Positions 10,689-21,600 of a stretch of 64,000 nt of DNA are shown in pieces. Every line of letters starts with the position of its first letter. Within the stretch, counting starts at the first letter, position 1. The stretch covers positions 224,001 to 288,000 of the forward strand of contig CAVSDR010000004.1 of assembly GCA_963726745.1 (NCBI GenBank), written 5' to 3'. A program made the position numbers and the translations under genes. Under the pieces are notes generated by a model. It was given only the letters and a program-made list of their open reading frames with translations, was not told the DNA's origin and searched no databases. This DNA is from an uncultured Verrucomicrobiae bacterium. GTDB lineage: Bacteria > Verrucomicrobiota > Verrucomicrobiia > Chthoniobacterales > UBA10450.

Positions 10689-10694
10689 AGCAAA

Positions 10695-11546
10695 TTACTT
10701 CTTCTTCCGGCTCACGCGGCGATCCTGCATGATGAAGCGATCGCTTGGCTTGTGCTTCGAACGGGTCTTGAAGCCCTTCGCGAGCTGACCCCATGGGCTG
10801 GTAAGATGTTGGCGTCCGCCACCACCCTTGGATTTGCCCTGGCCGCCACCGTTCGGGTGATCGACCGGGTTCATGACCATGCCGCGGACGGTCGGGCGGA
10901 TGCCCTTCCAGCGCGAACGGCCGGCCTTGCCGCTGACCACATTCATGTGATCGACGTTTCCGACCTGGCCGATGGTGGCAAAGCAGGTGTCGTGAATCCG
11001 GCGAATCTCGCCAGACGGCAACTTCACCAAGGCATAACCGGCTTCCCGGTTGCTCAAGGTCGCCTGCTGACCGGCGCTCCGCGCCACCTGGCCACCGCGA
11101 CCCGGGGCGATCTCGATATTGTGAATGCTCGCGCCGAGCGGGATTGCGCTCAACGGAAGCGCATTGCCCACTTCCGGCGGGGCGGTTGGGCCAGACATCA
11201 CTTTCGCACCGGCGGTCAAACCGTCCGGAGCCAGGATATAGCTCATCTCGCCGTCTGCATATTTGATCAGGGCGATACGAGCAGAGCGGTTCGGATCGTA
11301 CTCGATCCCCACCACTTCGGCGCCGACGCCATGCTTCCGCCGGCGGAAGTCGACCTTGCGATATTTCTGTTTGTGCCCGCCGCCGATGTGACGCGAGGTC
11401 AAACGGCCATTATTGTTGCGGCCACCGCTGCGCTTCTTGACTTCCAGCAGCGACTTGTGCGGCTTCGACTTCGTGATTTCCTCGAAGGTCGAGAGCGTCG
11501 CAAAGCGAAGCGTCGGGGTGAGTGGGCGAAATGTGCGTATTGCCAT
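10695..11546 (-). CDS. rplB: 50S ribosomal protein L2
   Basis: [24 protein letters not shown]. Confidence 0.99.
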   Translation of the reverse strand: MAIRTFRPLTPTLRFATLSTFEEITKSKPHKSLLEVKKRSGGRNNNGRLTSRHIGGGHKQKYRKVDFRRRKHGVGAEVVGIEYDPNRSARIALIKYADGEMSYILAPDGLTAGAKVMSGPTAPPEVGNALPLSAIPLGASIHNIEIAPGRGGQVARSAGQQATLSNREAGYALVKLPSGEIRRIHDTCFATIGQVGNVDHMNVVSGKAGRSRWKGIRPTVRGMVMNPVDHPNGGGQGKSKGGGGRQHLTSPWGQLAKGFKTRSKHKPSDRFIMQDRRVSRKKK

Positions 11547-11552
11547 AAGTCG

Positions 11553-11837
11553 TTAGACGAGGTCGATCTTCTCGCCCTCTTTCAGGGTCACGATGGCTTT
11601 TTTCCAGTGCGGCTTCCGGCCGAAATCGGCGCGGCGCTCGCGCTTTTTCTTGCCGGCGTAGTTCGCCGTGTTCACGGAAACAACCTTCTTGTTGAAGAGC
11701 TGCTCGATCGCCTGCTTGATCTGGATTTTGTTCGCCCGCGGGGCGACCCGGAAGACGTACTTGTTCAGCTTCTCGCTCAAGAGCGAGGCCTTCTCGGTCA
11801 ACGAGGCGGTTTCAATGATGTCGAAAGGTTCGTTCAT
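11553..11837 (-). CDS. rplW: 50S ribosomal protein L23
   Basis: LTEKA, ANKIQIKQAIE, WKKAIVTL. Confidence 0.98.
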   Translation of the reverse strand: MNEPFDIIETASLTEKASLLSEKLNKYVFRVAPRANKIQIKQAIEQLFNKKVVSVNTANYAGKKKRERRADFGRKPHWKKAIVTLKEGEKIDLV

Positions 11838-12448
11838 TCCCGGGTGGTCCTTCCCGCGAGCTGCTCGAGGGCTTTGCTGGTGACAAGGATCTTGTCGAAA
11901 GCCAGCAGTTGTTCGGTGTTCACGTCGGTCGCGGTCGCGAGCAACACCGGCCGCACATTACGCGCAGCGCGATAGGTGTTCTCGTCAAACGCGTCCGAAA
12001 TAAGCAGCACTTTGGTCGCGTCGGTCTGCTGTTTCAGCAGGGTCAGAAAAGTCTTGGTCTTGATCTCCGGCACGGAGAAAGAATCGATCGTGAGCACGTC
12101 GCCCGCGTTGATCCGCTCAGTCAGCGCTTTCGAGAAAGCGAGTCGGCGGGTCGTCTTGGAAACCTTCTTCGTGTAGTCCCGCGGCTTCGGTCCGAAGACC
12201 ACGCCGCCGCCGCGCCAAATAGGCGACGACTTGTAGCCCGCACGGGCGCGGCCGGTCCCCTTCTGGCGCCAGGGCTTGGCACCGGAAAGATTGACTTCCG
12301 CCTTCGTCTTCGTGTTGGCCGAGCCGGAACGGCGCGCCGCGCGCATGGCCACGACCACATCGTGCACCGCTTGCGTCCCGCGTCCGCCTTCCACCAGGAC
12401 CATCTTCGCGTCCTTCGCGGCTTCGATTGTTAAAACTTTCGCGCTCAT
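11834..12448 (-). CDS. rplD: 50S ribosomal protein L4
   Basis: KPWRQKGTGRARAG, GGGVVFGPKPRDY. Confidence 0.99.
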   Translation of the reverse strand: MSAKVLTIEAAKDAKMVLVEGGRGTQAVHDVVVAMRAARRSGSANTKTKAEVNLSGAKPWRQKGTGRARAGYKSSPIWRGGGVVFGPKPRDYTKKVSKTTRRLAFSKALTERINAGDVLTIDSFSVPEIKTKTFLTLLKQQTDATKVLLISDAFDENTYRAARNVRPVLLATATDVNTEQLLAFDKILVTSKALEQLAGRTTRE

Positions 12449-13095
12449 TTCGCTTCCCCTGCTTTCACGGGCTTCTTGATCGCCGGGCGCACAACCACCA
12501 GGCTGCCATTCGCTCCGGGGATCGCCCCGCTGATCAAAATTACCTTGTCGCTCTCGCGCACCTGCAGGACCTGCAGGTTCTGCACGGTCACGCGCTCGTC
12601 GCCCATATGACCCGGCATGCCCATGTTCTTGAACACGCGGCCGGGGGTGGAGCGATTACCGATGGCGCCGTTGCGGCGGTGAGTCTTTGAACCGTGCGCC
12701 GCGCCCTGGCCGGCGAAGTTGTGCTTCTTCATCACGCCCTGGAAGCCTTTGCCCTTCGAGCGGCCAATCACGTCCACCCAGTCGCCTTCGGCGAACTGCG
12801 TCACGCTCAAGTTGATCTCGCTCTCCGGCGCGTCTTCCTGCAGGCGGAATTCCCGCACGAAACGCTTCGGCTCGACCCCAGCTTTCTTGAACTCGCCGAG
12901 ATTCGCGTTGTTGATCCGCGACTCCTTCTGCGCGCCGTAGCCGACCTTGATCGCCGAGTAGCCGTCATTCTCCGCGGTGACACGTCGCACGATGACGTTG
13001 TCCCCCGCAGCGATCACGGTAACAGGACGCAGCTTGCCCGATGCATCGTAGATGCTGGTCATGCCGATTTTCTGTCCTAAAAGTCCAATGCTCAT
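12445..13095 (-). CDS. rplC: 50S ribosomal protein L3
   Basis: KIGMT, SKGKGFQG, MPGHMG. Confidence 0.99.
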   Translation of the reverse strand: MSIGLLGQKIGMTSIYDASGKLRPVTVIAAGDNVIVRRVTAENDGYSAIKVGYGAQKESRINNANLGEFKKAGVEPKRFVREFRLQEDAPESEINLSVTQFAEGDWVDVIGRSKGKGFQGVMKKHNFAGQGAAHGSKTHRRNGAIGNRSTPGRVFKNMGMPGHMGDERVTVQNLQVLQVRESDKVILISGAIPGANGSLVVVRPAIKKPVKAGEAK

Positions 13096-13131
13096 GATAG
13101 TGGGCTTGCAAATGTTCCAAGTGCGCGGGCA

Positions 13132-13443
13132 CTAAATCTTGATCGTGATATCCACGCCGGCCGGCAGGTTGAGTTTCTTCAGCTCATCCACCGTCTTCGC
13201 GGTCGGCTCGATAATGTCGAGCAGGCGCTTGTGCGTGCGAATTTCAAACTGGTCCATCGACTTCTTGTCGACGTGCGGCGAGCGGTTGACCGTGAACTTC
13301 TCGATCAAGGTCGGGAGCGGGATCGGTCCCGCGACGCGCGCGCCGGTGCGCTTGGCCGTTTCGACAATGTCGACGGCAGATTGATCCAGCATTCGGTGAT
13401 CGAATGCTTTCAGACGAATGCGAATACGTTGCCCGCTGGCCAT
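13132..13443 (-). CDS. rpsJ: 30S ribosomal protein S10
   Basis: [23 protein letters not shown]. Confidence 0.99.
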   Translation of the reverse strand: MASGQRIRIRLKAFDHRMLDQSAVDIVETAKRTGARVAGPIPLPTLIEKFTVNRSPHVDKKSMDQFEIRTHKRLLDIIEPTAKTVDELKKLNLPAGVDITIKI

Positions 13444-13444
13444 G

Positions 13445-15624
13445 TTACTTGGTCTCCTTCTGGTCGAGCACAGCGGCGACGAGCTGCTGCGGGACTTGTT
13501 CGAAATGTGACGGCTCCATCGAGTAGCTCGAACGGCCTTTGGAAAGCGAACGGATGGCGGTGGCGTAACCGAACATTTCGGCCAGCGGCACTTCCGCCTG
13601 GATCATCGTGAGGTTGCCCTTCACTTCGATGCTTCCGATCTTGCCGCGGCGACGGTTCAAGTCGCCCATGATGTCGCCCTGGAATTCTTCCGGGGTGGCG
13701 TTTTCCACCTTCATGATCGGCTCGAGCAGGATCGGCTTGGCTTTCTTGAACGCGTCCTTGACTGCAAAAATAGCCGCCAACTTGAAGGCCATTTCGTTCG
13801 AATCGACGTCGTGGTAGGAGCCGTCGACGATGTCAACGTGCGCGTCGATCACCTGGTAGCCGCCGACCACGCCATTGAGCATCGCTTCTTCGATGCCCTT
13901 CTTGCAGGCGGGAATGTATTCCTTCGGAATGTTGCCGCCCACGACTTTGTTCTCCACCGTGATCCCCTTGCCGCGCTCGTTCGGCGCGACCTTGATCACC
14001 ACGTGACCGTATTGACCGCGACCGCCCGACTGCTTGATCAGCTTGCCTTCGCCATCGGCCGGTGAGGTGATGGTTTCGCGGTAAGCGATCTGCGGTTTGC
14101 CGGAGTTCGCGTCGACCTTGAACTCACGCAGCATGCGGTCGCGAATGATCTCCAAATGGAGTTCGCCCATGCCCGCGATGATCGTCTGGCCGGTGTCTTC
14201 GTGCGTGAAGACCTTAAAAGTCGGATCCTCTTCGGACAAACGCTGGAGCGCGTTGCCCATCTTTTCCTGGTCCTGCTTCGTCTTCGGCTCGATCGCCATC
14301 GAGATGACGGGATCAGGGAACGACGGCGGCTCGAGCAGGATCGGGTGATCCTCGTCGCAGAGCGTGTCGCCCGTGGTGATATTCTTAATCCCCACGATCG
14401 CGGCAATGTCGCCCGCGTAGCAGGTGTCGATGTCTTCGCGCTTGTCGGCCTGAATCTGAATCAGCCGGCTAATGCGCTCGCGCTTGTTCGTGCGCGGGTT
14501 GTAAACGTTGTCGCCCTTCGAGAGGGAGCCGGAATAAACGCGGAAGAAGACGAGCTTGCCGACAAACGGATCGCTCCAAAGCTTGAACGCGAGCGAGCAG
14601 AACTTGCCGTTGTCGTCCGTCGGCGCTTCGATTTTCTTCTCGGTGTTATCGGGATCGAGACCCACGGCCGGCGGAATGTCCAGCGGGCCCGGAAGGTAAT
14701 CGATGACCGCATCGACGAGATACTGCACGCCCTTGTTCTTGAAAGCGGAACCACCGACCACCGGCACGAACTTGTTCGCGATCGTCTGGCGGCGGATGCC
14801 CGCCTTCAACATCTGCGGAGTGATCTCTTTCTCTTCGAGAACCGCTTCCGCGATCTCGTCGTCAATATTGGAAATCTGCTCGACCAAGCGTGGCGTAAGC
14901 CTGCTCGACCTGCTCTTTGTTCTCCTCGGGAATCTTCGCGGACTTCGTAGACCGAGCCCATCGAGTCGTCGTCGAGATAGAAGACCGCCTTGCGGTTGAC
15001 CACATCGAGCTGGCCCTTGAGATAATCTTCTTTGCCGAGAGGGATCAGCACCGGCCAGGCATTCGCGGCCAGCTTCTTGTGCATCGAGTCGATCGCCGCG
15101 TCGAAGTCGGCGCCCACGCGATCCATCTTGTTGATGAAAGCGATCCGCGGCACTTGATACTTGTTCGCCTGACGCCAGACGGTCTCGGATTGCGGCTGCA
15201 CGCCGGCGACCGCGTCGAAAACTGCGATGGCACCGTCGAGCACGCGCAGGGAGCGCTCGACCTCGGCGGTGAAATCGACGTGCCCGGGAGTGTCGATGAT
15301 GTTCACGCGCATTTTGATGCCGTCATACATCTTGTAGACACCCGGCTCCGGCTTCTGCATCCAGGCGCAGGTCGTCGCAGCCGACGTGATCGTGATGCCA
15401 CGCTCGCGTTCCTGCTCCATCCAATCCGTCACGGTCGTGCCTTCGTGCACTTCACCGATCTTGTGGATCATGCCGGTGTAAAAAAGGATGCGCTCGGTCA
15501 GCGTCGTCTTGCCGGCATCGATGTGCGCAGCAATCCCGATGTTCCGCGTCTTCTCGAGCGGGAACTTGCGGTTCGGCGAATTCGGGTTCGTCGATTTGGG
15601 TTTATCTAGAGTCGCAGTAGCCAT
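13445..15624 (-). CDS. fusA: Elongation factor G, frameshifted at about 14885-14935 (probable sequencing indels)
   Basis: [23 protein letters not shown] in the 5' [29 protein letters not shown] in the 3' ORF. Confidence 0.98.
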
Positions 15625-15636
15625 GACCAAAAATTT

Positions 15637-16110
15637 CTACCAACGGAAATGTGCAAAGGCGCGGTTCGCCTGCGCCATCTTGTGAGTGTCGTCGCGCTTC
15701 TTGATCGCGTTGCCCTGGCCGGCAGCGGCGTCCTTCAGTTCAGCCGCGAGCGCATCGGCCATCGGCATGCCGCGGCGGTTGTCCGCGTAGGCCACGATCC
15801 AGCGCATCGCGAGCGAGACCTGGCGGGCCGGGGTCACTTCCATCGGCACCTGGTAGGTCGCGCCACCAACGCGGCGGGACTTCACTTCGAGGCGCGGGCG
15901 GACATTTTCCAGCGCTTTGTTGACCACTTCGAGCGGATCGACCGCATCGGAGTTTTCGCGCGATTTATCGATCGCGGTATAAACGATCCGCTCCGCGAGC
16001 GATTTCTTGCCGCGCTTCATCACGGTCGAAATCAAACGCGCCACGGCAACGCTGCCGTAACGCGAGTCAACCTTCTCTTCTTTTTTATAAACTTTCCGAC
16101 GACGGGACAT
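15637..16110 (-). CDS. rpsG: 30S ribosomal protein S7
   Basis: SRRVGGATYQVP, HKMAQANRAFAHFRW. Confidence 0.99.
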   Translation of the reverse strand: MSRRRKVYKKEEKVDSRYGSVAVARLISTVMKRGKKSLAERIVYTAIDKSRENSDAVDPLEVVNKALENVRPRLEVKSRRVGGATYQVPMEVTPARQVSLAMRWIVAYADNRRGMPMADALAAELKDAAAGQGNAIKKRDDTHKMAQANRAFAHFRW

Positions 16111-16130
16111 GGGAGTGGGTCAGTTAAAGA

Positions 16131-16538
16131 CTACTTCTTCTTGCCTTTGGTTTCGGCTTCGGCACCTGGCTTCGGACGCTTGGCGCCGTATTTCGAGCGG
16201 CTGCGGCGGCGACCGTCCACCCCGAGGCTGTCGAGCGTGCCGCGCACGATGTGATAACGCACGCCGGGCAAATCTTTCACGCGTCCGCCGCGCACGAGCA
16301 CGATGGAGTGTTCCTGCAAATTGTGTCCCTCGCCGGGAATGTAAGCGATGATCTCCTGGCCATTCGTCAGGCGCACCTTGGCCACTTTGCGCAAGGCAGA
16401 GTTCGGCTTTTTCGGCGTGCGCGTCATGACCTGCGTGCACACCCCGCGGCGCTGCGGACAATTCTTCAGTGCCGGTGATTTCGATTTCACCGAAACTTTC
16501 TTTCGTCCCTTGCGAATAAGCTGATTGATCGTTGGCAT
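16131..16538 (-). CDS. rpsL: 30S ribosomal protein S12
   Basis: Starts [29 protein letters not shown]. Confidence 0.99.
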   Translation of the reverse strand: MPTINQLIRKGRKKVSVKSKSPALKNCPQRRGVCTQVMTRTPKKPNSALRKVAKVRLTNGQEIIAYIPGEGHNLQEHSIVLVRGGRVKDLPGVRYHIVRGTLDSLGVDGRRRSRSKYGAKRPKPGAEAETKGKKK

Positions 16539-16638
16539 TTCGTTACAATAAAAGCCGCCCAACGATTCCGTTCGGGCGACGAAAAAACCGCTCAGGCCGG
16601 CACTCAAATTCCTGCCGCACCTGATGCGGGGAGCGCGC

Positions 16639-16666
16639 AATATAGGAACGAATCATTACCCCGCAA
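16639..16666 (-). promoter_or_regulatory. Putative sigma70 promoter for the str operon
   Basis: Minus strand TTGCGG-N16-TATATT about 100 nt upstream of rpsL. Confidence 0.6.
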
Positions 16667-16747
16667 GAATATTTTCCTCTGGGAACGCCCTAGGCGCTCA
16701 ATTCCCGCGCGCGCAGGGACTTTCTCCCGCCCTAACGAGTGCTGGAT

Positions 16748-18662
16748 CTACCCGGCAGCACTCGCGGCGGCGGCGATTTCCGCCAGCTCCTCCCAGCGCG
16801 CGTAAAGCCGCGCGACTTCCCGGCGCGCATTTTCCAGCTCCTCCTCGTGGCGCCGGAGATTCGCCGCTTCCCGCACGATAAATTCCGGGTCGGCGAAAAG
16901 GTTCTCCATCCGCGCGACCTCCCCCTCGGCCGCGAGGATGGCGGCTTCGATGCCTTCCAGCTCGCGCTCTTCCTTCCACTTCAACTTTCGCCCGCGCGCG
17001 GTCGGCGCGGCTTTCCCGGCCGGCTCCGCTTTCGCAGACACTCGGCGGCGCGGTTAATTCCTGCGCCCGCTTCTCGAGATAATAGTCGTAATTGCCCACC
17101 GCATAGCGCACCGCGCCGTCGTCCTCGAAGGCGAGGATCGCGGTGCAAACGCGGTTCAGGAAATAGCGGTCGTGACTCACGACCACGACGCTGCCCTTGA
17201 AAGCCGCGAGCGCTTCCTCGAGCAGGCGCAGCGTGCCCAGGTCGAGATCGTTCGTCGGCTCGTCGAGGATAAGCACGTTCCCGCCGCGCTTGAGAATTTT
17301 CGCCAGCAAGACGCGGCTGCGCTCGCCGCCGCTGAGTTGAAAGATCTTGGTGTTGATCCGGTCCTCGGTGAAGAGGAACCGCCGCAGGTAACCGCGCAGG
17401 GTGATGTTCTCCTCGCCGAGGCGCACGTATTCCATCCCCTCGCCCACCTCTTCCCAGACGGTTTTCTGGTCGTCCAGCAGCAGCCGGTTTTGGTCGACGT
17501 AATTGATCTCCGTCCGCGCCCCGATCTCGACCTCGCCACTGGTCGGCTCGAGTTGCCGGAGCATGATTTTCAACAGCGTCGACTTGCCGAGCCCGTTGCG
17601 CCCAACAATCCCCAGCCGCTCCCCCGCTTGCAGGTCTAACGAGACGTCGCGGAACAAGGTCCGGCCGCCCAGTTCCATCCCCACCCCGCGCACTTCGATC
17701 ACGCGATTGGCCAGCTTCGGCGCCGGCGGGATGATCAAGTCCACGTCGAGCTCCGCTTCCGGCGCTTCCTGCGCGGCCATCTCGAAATAGCGCTCCACCC
17801 GGTCGACCGATTTCGTCCGCCGCGCGCGCGGCGCTTTCCGCACCCAGGCGAGTTCGCGCTTGAGGAATTTCTGCCGCTTGTGCTCCTGCATCTCTTCCAC
17901 CGCGGCCCGCTCGGCGCGCGCCAGCAGGTAGTCGGTGTAGTTCCCGTCGTAGCTGTAAAATTTGCCGCGCGAAAGCTCGACTACGCGGGTGGCGATCCGG
18001 TCGAGAAAATAGCGGTCGTGCGTCACGAAAAGACAGGTGCCGCTGTAGCGCGCGAGAAAGTCCTCCAGCCACTCGATCGAGCCGGTGTCGAGATGGTTGG
18101 TCGGTTCGTCGAGGATGAGAAAATCCGGCCGCGCGAGCAACGCCCGGCAGAGCGCGACGCGCCGTTTCTCCCCGCCGGAAAGCTCGCTCACGCGGCGCTC
18201 GGCCGCGGGCGCGTGCAAATTAGTCAGCAAGCTCTGCGCGCGTTGCTCGAGATTCCAGCCGTCGAAATGCTCGATTTGCTCGAGCACCGTTCCGCTGCGC
18301 GCGCTCTCCGCCGGCAGCCGCTCGTATTCCGCGATCAAGTCGAGCACGTGCTGCGCACCCGCGAGAATATTAGCCTGCACATTGGCCGTCTCATCGAGCT
18401 CGAACATCTGCGGCATGTAGCCGGTAAGAAGGTCGCGGCGCTGATTGAGTTCGCCTGCGTCCGGCTTGGTGATCCCGGCCGCGATTTGCAGGAAGGTCGA
18501 CTTGCCCGAGCCATTCCGCCCGACCAAACCCACGCGCTCGCCTTCGCGAATCGTCAGGGTCGCATGGTCGAGCACCGCCTGGTTGCCAAACCGGACCACG
18601 AGTTCACTGGCACTGACCACGGCATTGGCGACGACGGCTTCGGACACCCCTTCCCATATCAC
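16748..18662 (-). CDS. ABC-F family ATPase, Uup-like (frameshift near 17040)
   Basis: Two ABC domains (GRNGSGKST/LSGGE/LDEPTNHLD and GRNGLGKST/LSGGE/LDEPTNDLD). Uup-type C-terminus KLKWKEERELE...LYARWEEL is in another frame. Confidence 0.92.
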
Positions 18663-18688
18663 ATTGTCAGCTCGTGATCAGCCGCGAG

Positions 18689-21600
18689 CTACGGCAGGCG
18701 GTAGACTTCCACCAAGCCCACGCCGACGGCTCCGCCCTTCCCGCGCACGATCGCGGTGTAATTGCCGGGCGGCAGCGAAACGACCAGGGCCGATTCCCGC
18801 GGGTCTCCCGGAATAACGCCGGTTTGCGTGATCTCTGCCTCCTGGCTCTCCTGCCAGTCGTCGTTCAGCGTGACATTGCCGTTGCTGTCGTAGAACGATA
18901 GCGTCGTGTCCGGCAAGGGGTCGGCTACGCCCTGCCGCCCGAGCGACGGCCCAAGCGCGCGCAGCAAAACATTCCGCCGCCCACTGCCGCCGTTGACGAT
19001 GAACCCACCGATCATGACGTTGTCGCCGTTTTCCACGCGAGTGCGGCTGGAGACGTTGGCCAAGGTGGCCCGGGCGGACGGATCCAGATCGTAGACTTCG
19101 ACCAGGCCGACGCCGCTCGTGCCATCCTGCCCGCGCACGATCGCGGTGTAACCGCCCGGAGCGAGGGTCGCGACGATGGCCGCTTCTCGGTCAAAATGTG
19201 GCGGCAAAGTGCTCGCTTCGATCTCCGCCTTTTGATTTTGCTTCCAGTCGTCGTTGAAGATGACTGAGCCATCCGGCTGGTGCAGTTCGAGCGTGGGGTT
19301 TTCTAAAAAACCGCTGACGCCATGGGTTCCAAGCTCCGGACCCAACGCGCGAAGCAACACTTTCTTCGGCTCGGCCCCAGTAATGATGAAGCCCGCAATC
19401 ATCACATTGTCCCCCGTCTGCACGCGACCGCGGGTGGAAATATTGCGCAGCTCTGGAAACGGGGTGGGCGTTGGGGTGGGCGTTGCAGTCGGAGTGGGCG
19501 TAATCGTCGGGCTCGGCGTCGCAGTCGGCGTGGGCGTTGCAGTCGGTGTGGGCGTTGCAGTCGGAGTGGGCGTCGCGGTCGGCGTGGGCGTCGGCAACGG
19601 CGGGGCTGCGAGCGTCACCACGTTGCTCCAGGGCGAACTGAGCGAGGGACTGTCGGCTTTAATTCGGAATTCGTAGCTCTCGTTAGGCACGAGCGCATTA
19701 TCGGCAAAGGAGGTCGCGTTCTGCGCGATGCTGGACGAGACGTCTTCCCAGTATGCCGCCCCGATGATTCGCCGCTGGAGGGTGAAACCCGTCTCGAGAG
19801 ATTGCTCGCTCCAGTTAAGGGTCGCGCCGGCCCCATCCGCCGCGCGGGTGCCGGAGAGAGCGGGCGCGGGCATGGCGGCCGGGCCGGCCAGCGAGAAAAA
19901 TCCGATGGCCGCGCCGACCTGCGCCACGAGCTTGTCGGTAGTGGAATTGTAAGCGCTCACGGTGGTGTCGCTCGGCATTCCGTAGGCAATCACGCCAGTC
20001 TCGGTGAGGTAGATATTCTTTTGCCCGAAGGCGTAGCGGCCATCTTTGCTCGCGGCGTAGATAAAGTCCCGCAGATTGGTCACGCCCACGAGGTTGGGAT
20101 CGTAGGCTTCGCCGTTCCAGAAAATGCGGCTGCCATCTTCCGATGCCACAACGACGCGCGAACCGTAGTAGCCGTAGGGATTGATCCGAGCAGCGCCCAG
20201 TTCGCTGAAGCGATCGCCGGTCAGGTCGAGTTTATGCAATTGGGCGCCCGAAGAGTTGTCGTCCCCGTGATAATAATAACGACCGGTCGGATCGGTCGCG
20301 CCGCCGCCCTGGCGCTGGAAGCTATTGGCCAGTTTCGTTCCCGCGTTGGTGTCGAAAATCGAGACATTGATCCACTGATCATACTCCTCCACGATGACCC
20401 GCCCCGCGCCGCTGGCGGTCACGCGAAAGACATCGTTGCTCGACGAGCCGACCGCGCCCGCCGGACTGAATCCATAGGTCCGCGCGAGCGCGAAGGAGGC
20501 GCGGTCCACCGCGAGCAGGCTGCCGCCCTTCCAATTCGGGACGTAGATGCGGTTTTCCGGTAAATGCAGCGCCAGATCCGTCACGGAATTTCCCACCGCC
20601 AGGACCCGCGTCACCGCCTGGCTCGCGCTATCGATCTCCAACAAGTAGGCCACTGTCGGAGTAACCGAAGGGTCTTCACTCACGCCGTAGACCATGGCCG
20701 ACGATCGATCTGACTTCAGGATGGTGAGCTTTAGCGGATCGACCCGCAGTTGCACCGGAATGGAAAAGGGCCCGCCCGAGGAACCAGCGATTCGGACAGC
20801 GCCATTGTAAGTGCCCGGCGCCAGCTGCCCGGCGTTCAGGACCACGCGCAAGGTCGCCGGGGTGACCCCGCTGGTTTGCACGAACGTGATCCACGGTTCC
20901 GCCGCCGAAGCCTGCCACGCCTTCCCCGTGCTGCTCGAGTCCAGCGCGATCGGGATCGTGTGATTGGTGTGCCCGCGCACGGTCGCCGTGATGATTTGCG
21001 CCGGGCTGGCGGAAATATCGGACACCGTGAAATGGTAGACATCGCTGCGCGAAGTCTCATGCGCCGTCACCGTATCGATCCGCCAATAATAGGTCAGCCC
21101 AGCGGTCAACGGCGTGCCCAGGGTGAACTCCGGCGTGCGCGTTTCGCCGAGAAAACTGGGCGAACCCAACCCGGCCATCTGGACCGCACTCTCGGAAGTT
21201 CCGAGATAGATTTGATATTTCTCGGCCCCGGGCAGGGCGGACCAGCGCAGGCTCGCCGGCGGGAGCACGATGGAGCCATTGGCCGGTGAGAGTGTCCGCT
21301 TGAGAATCACGTCGCCGACTGCAGTGGTCAGGTTCACCGTGCCCAGGACGTGCTGCGTGGGATGGTAATAAACCAGCCGCGCATAGTCCGCGGTGATCGC
21401 CTGGACGCTGCTGGCGACCGGCAGATCGTAGACTTTGCTCCCACTCTGCACTTCGTAGATCGCCGTCTTGGTGGCTGCGATTTCACCGCCATCGCTGATC
21501 GAGTAGACCGGCGAAGGGAAACCGGATTGCGTTTGCGTAACCGCGTGCGCCAGCACCGCGAGCTGCTTTACGAAAGCCAGCCGGCCATCATTGCTGATCA

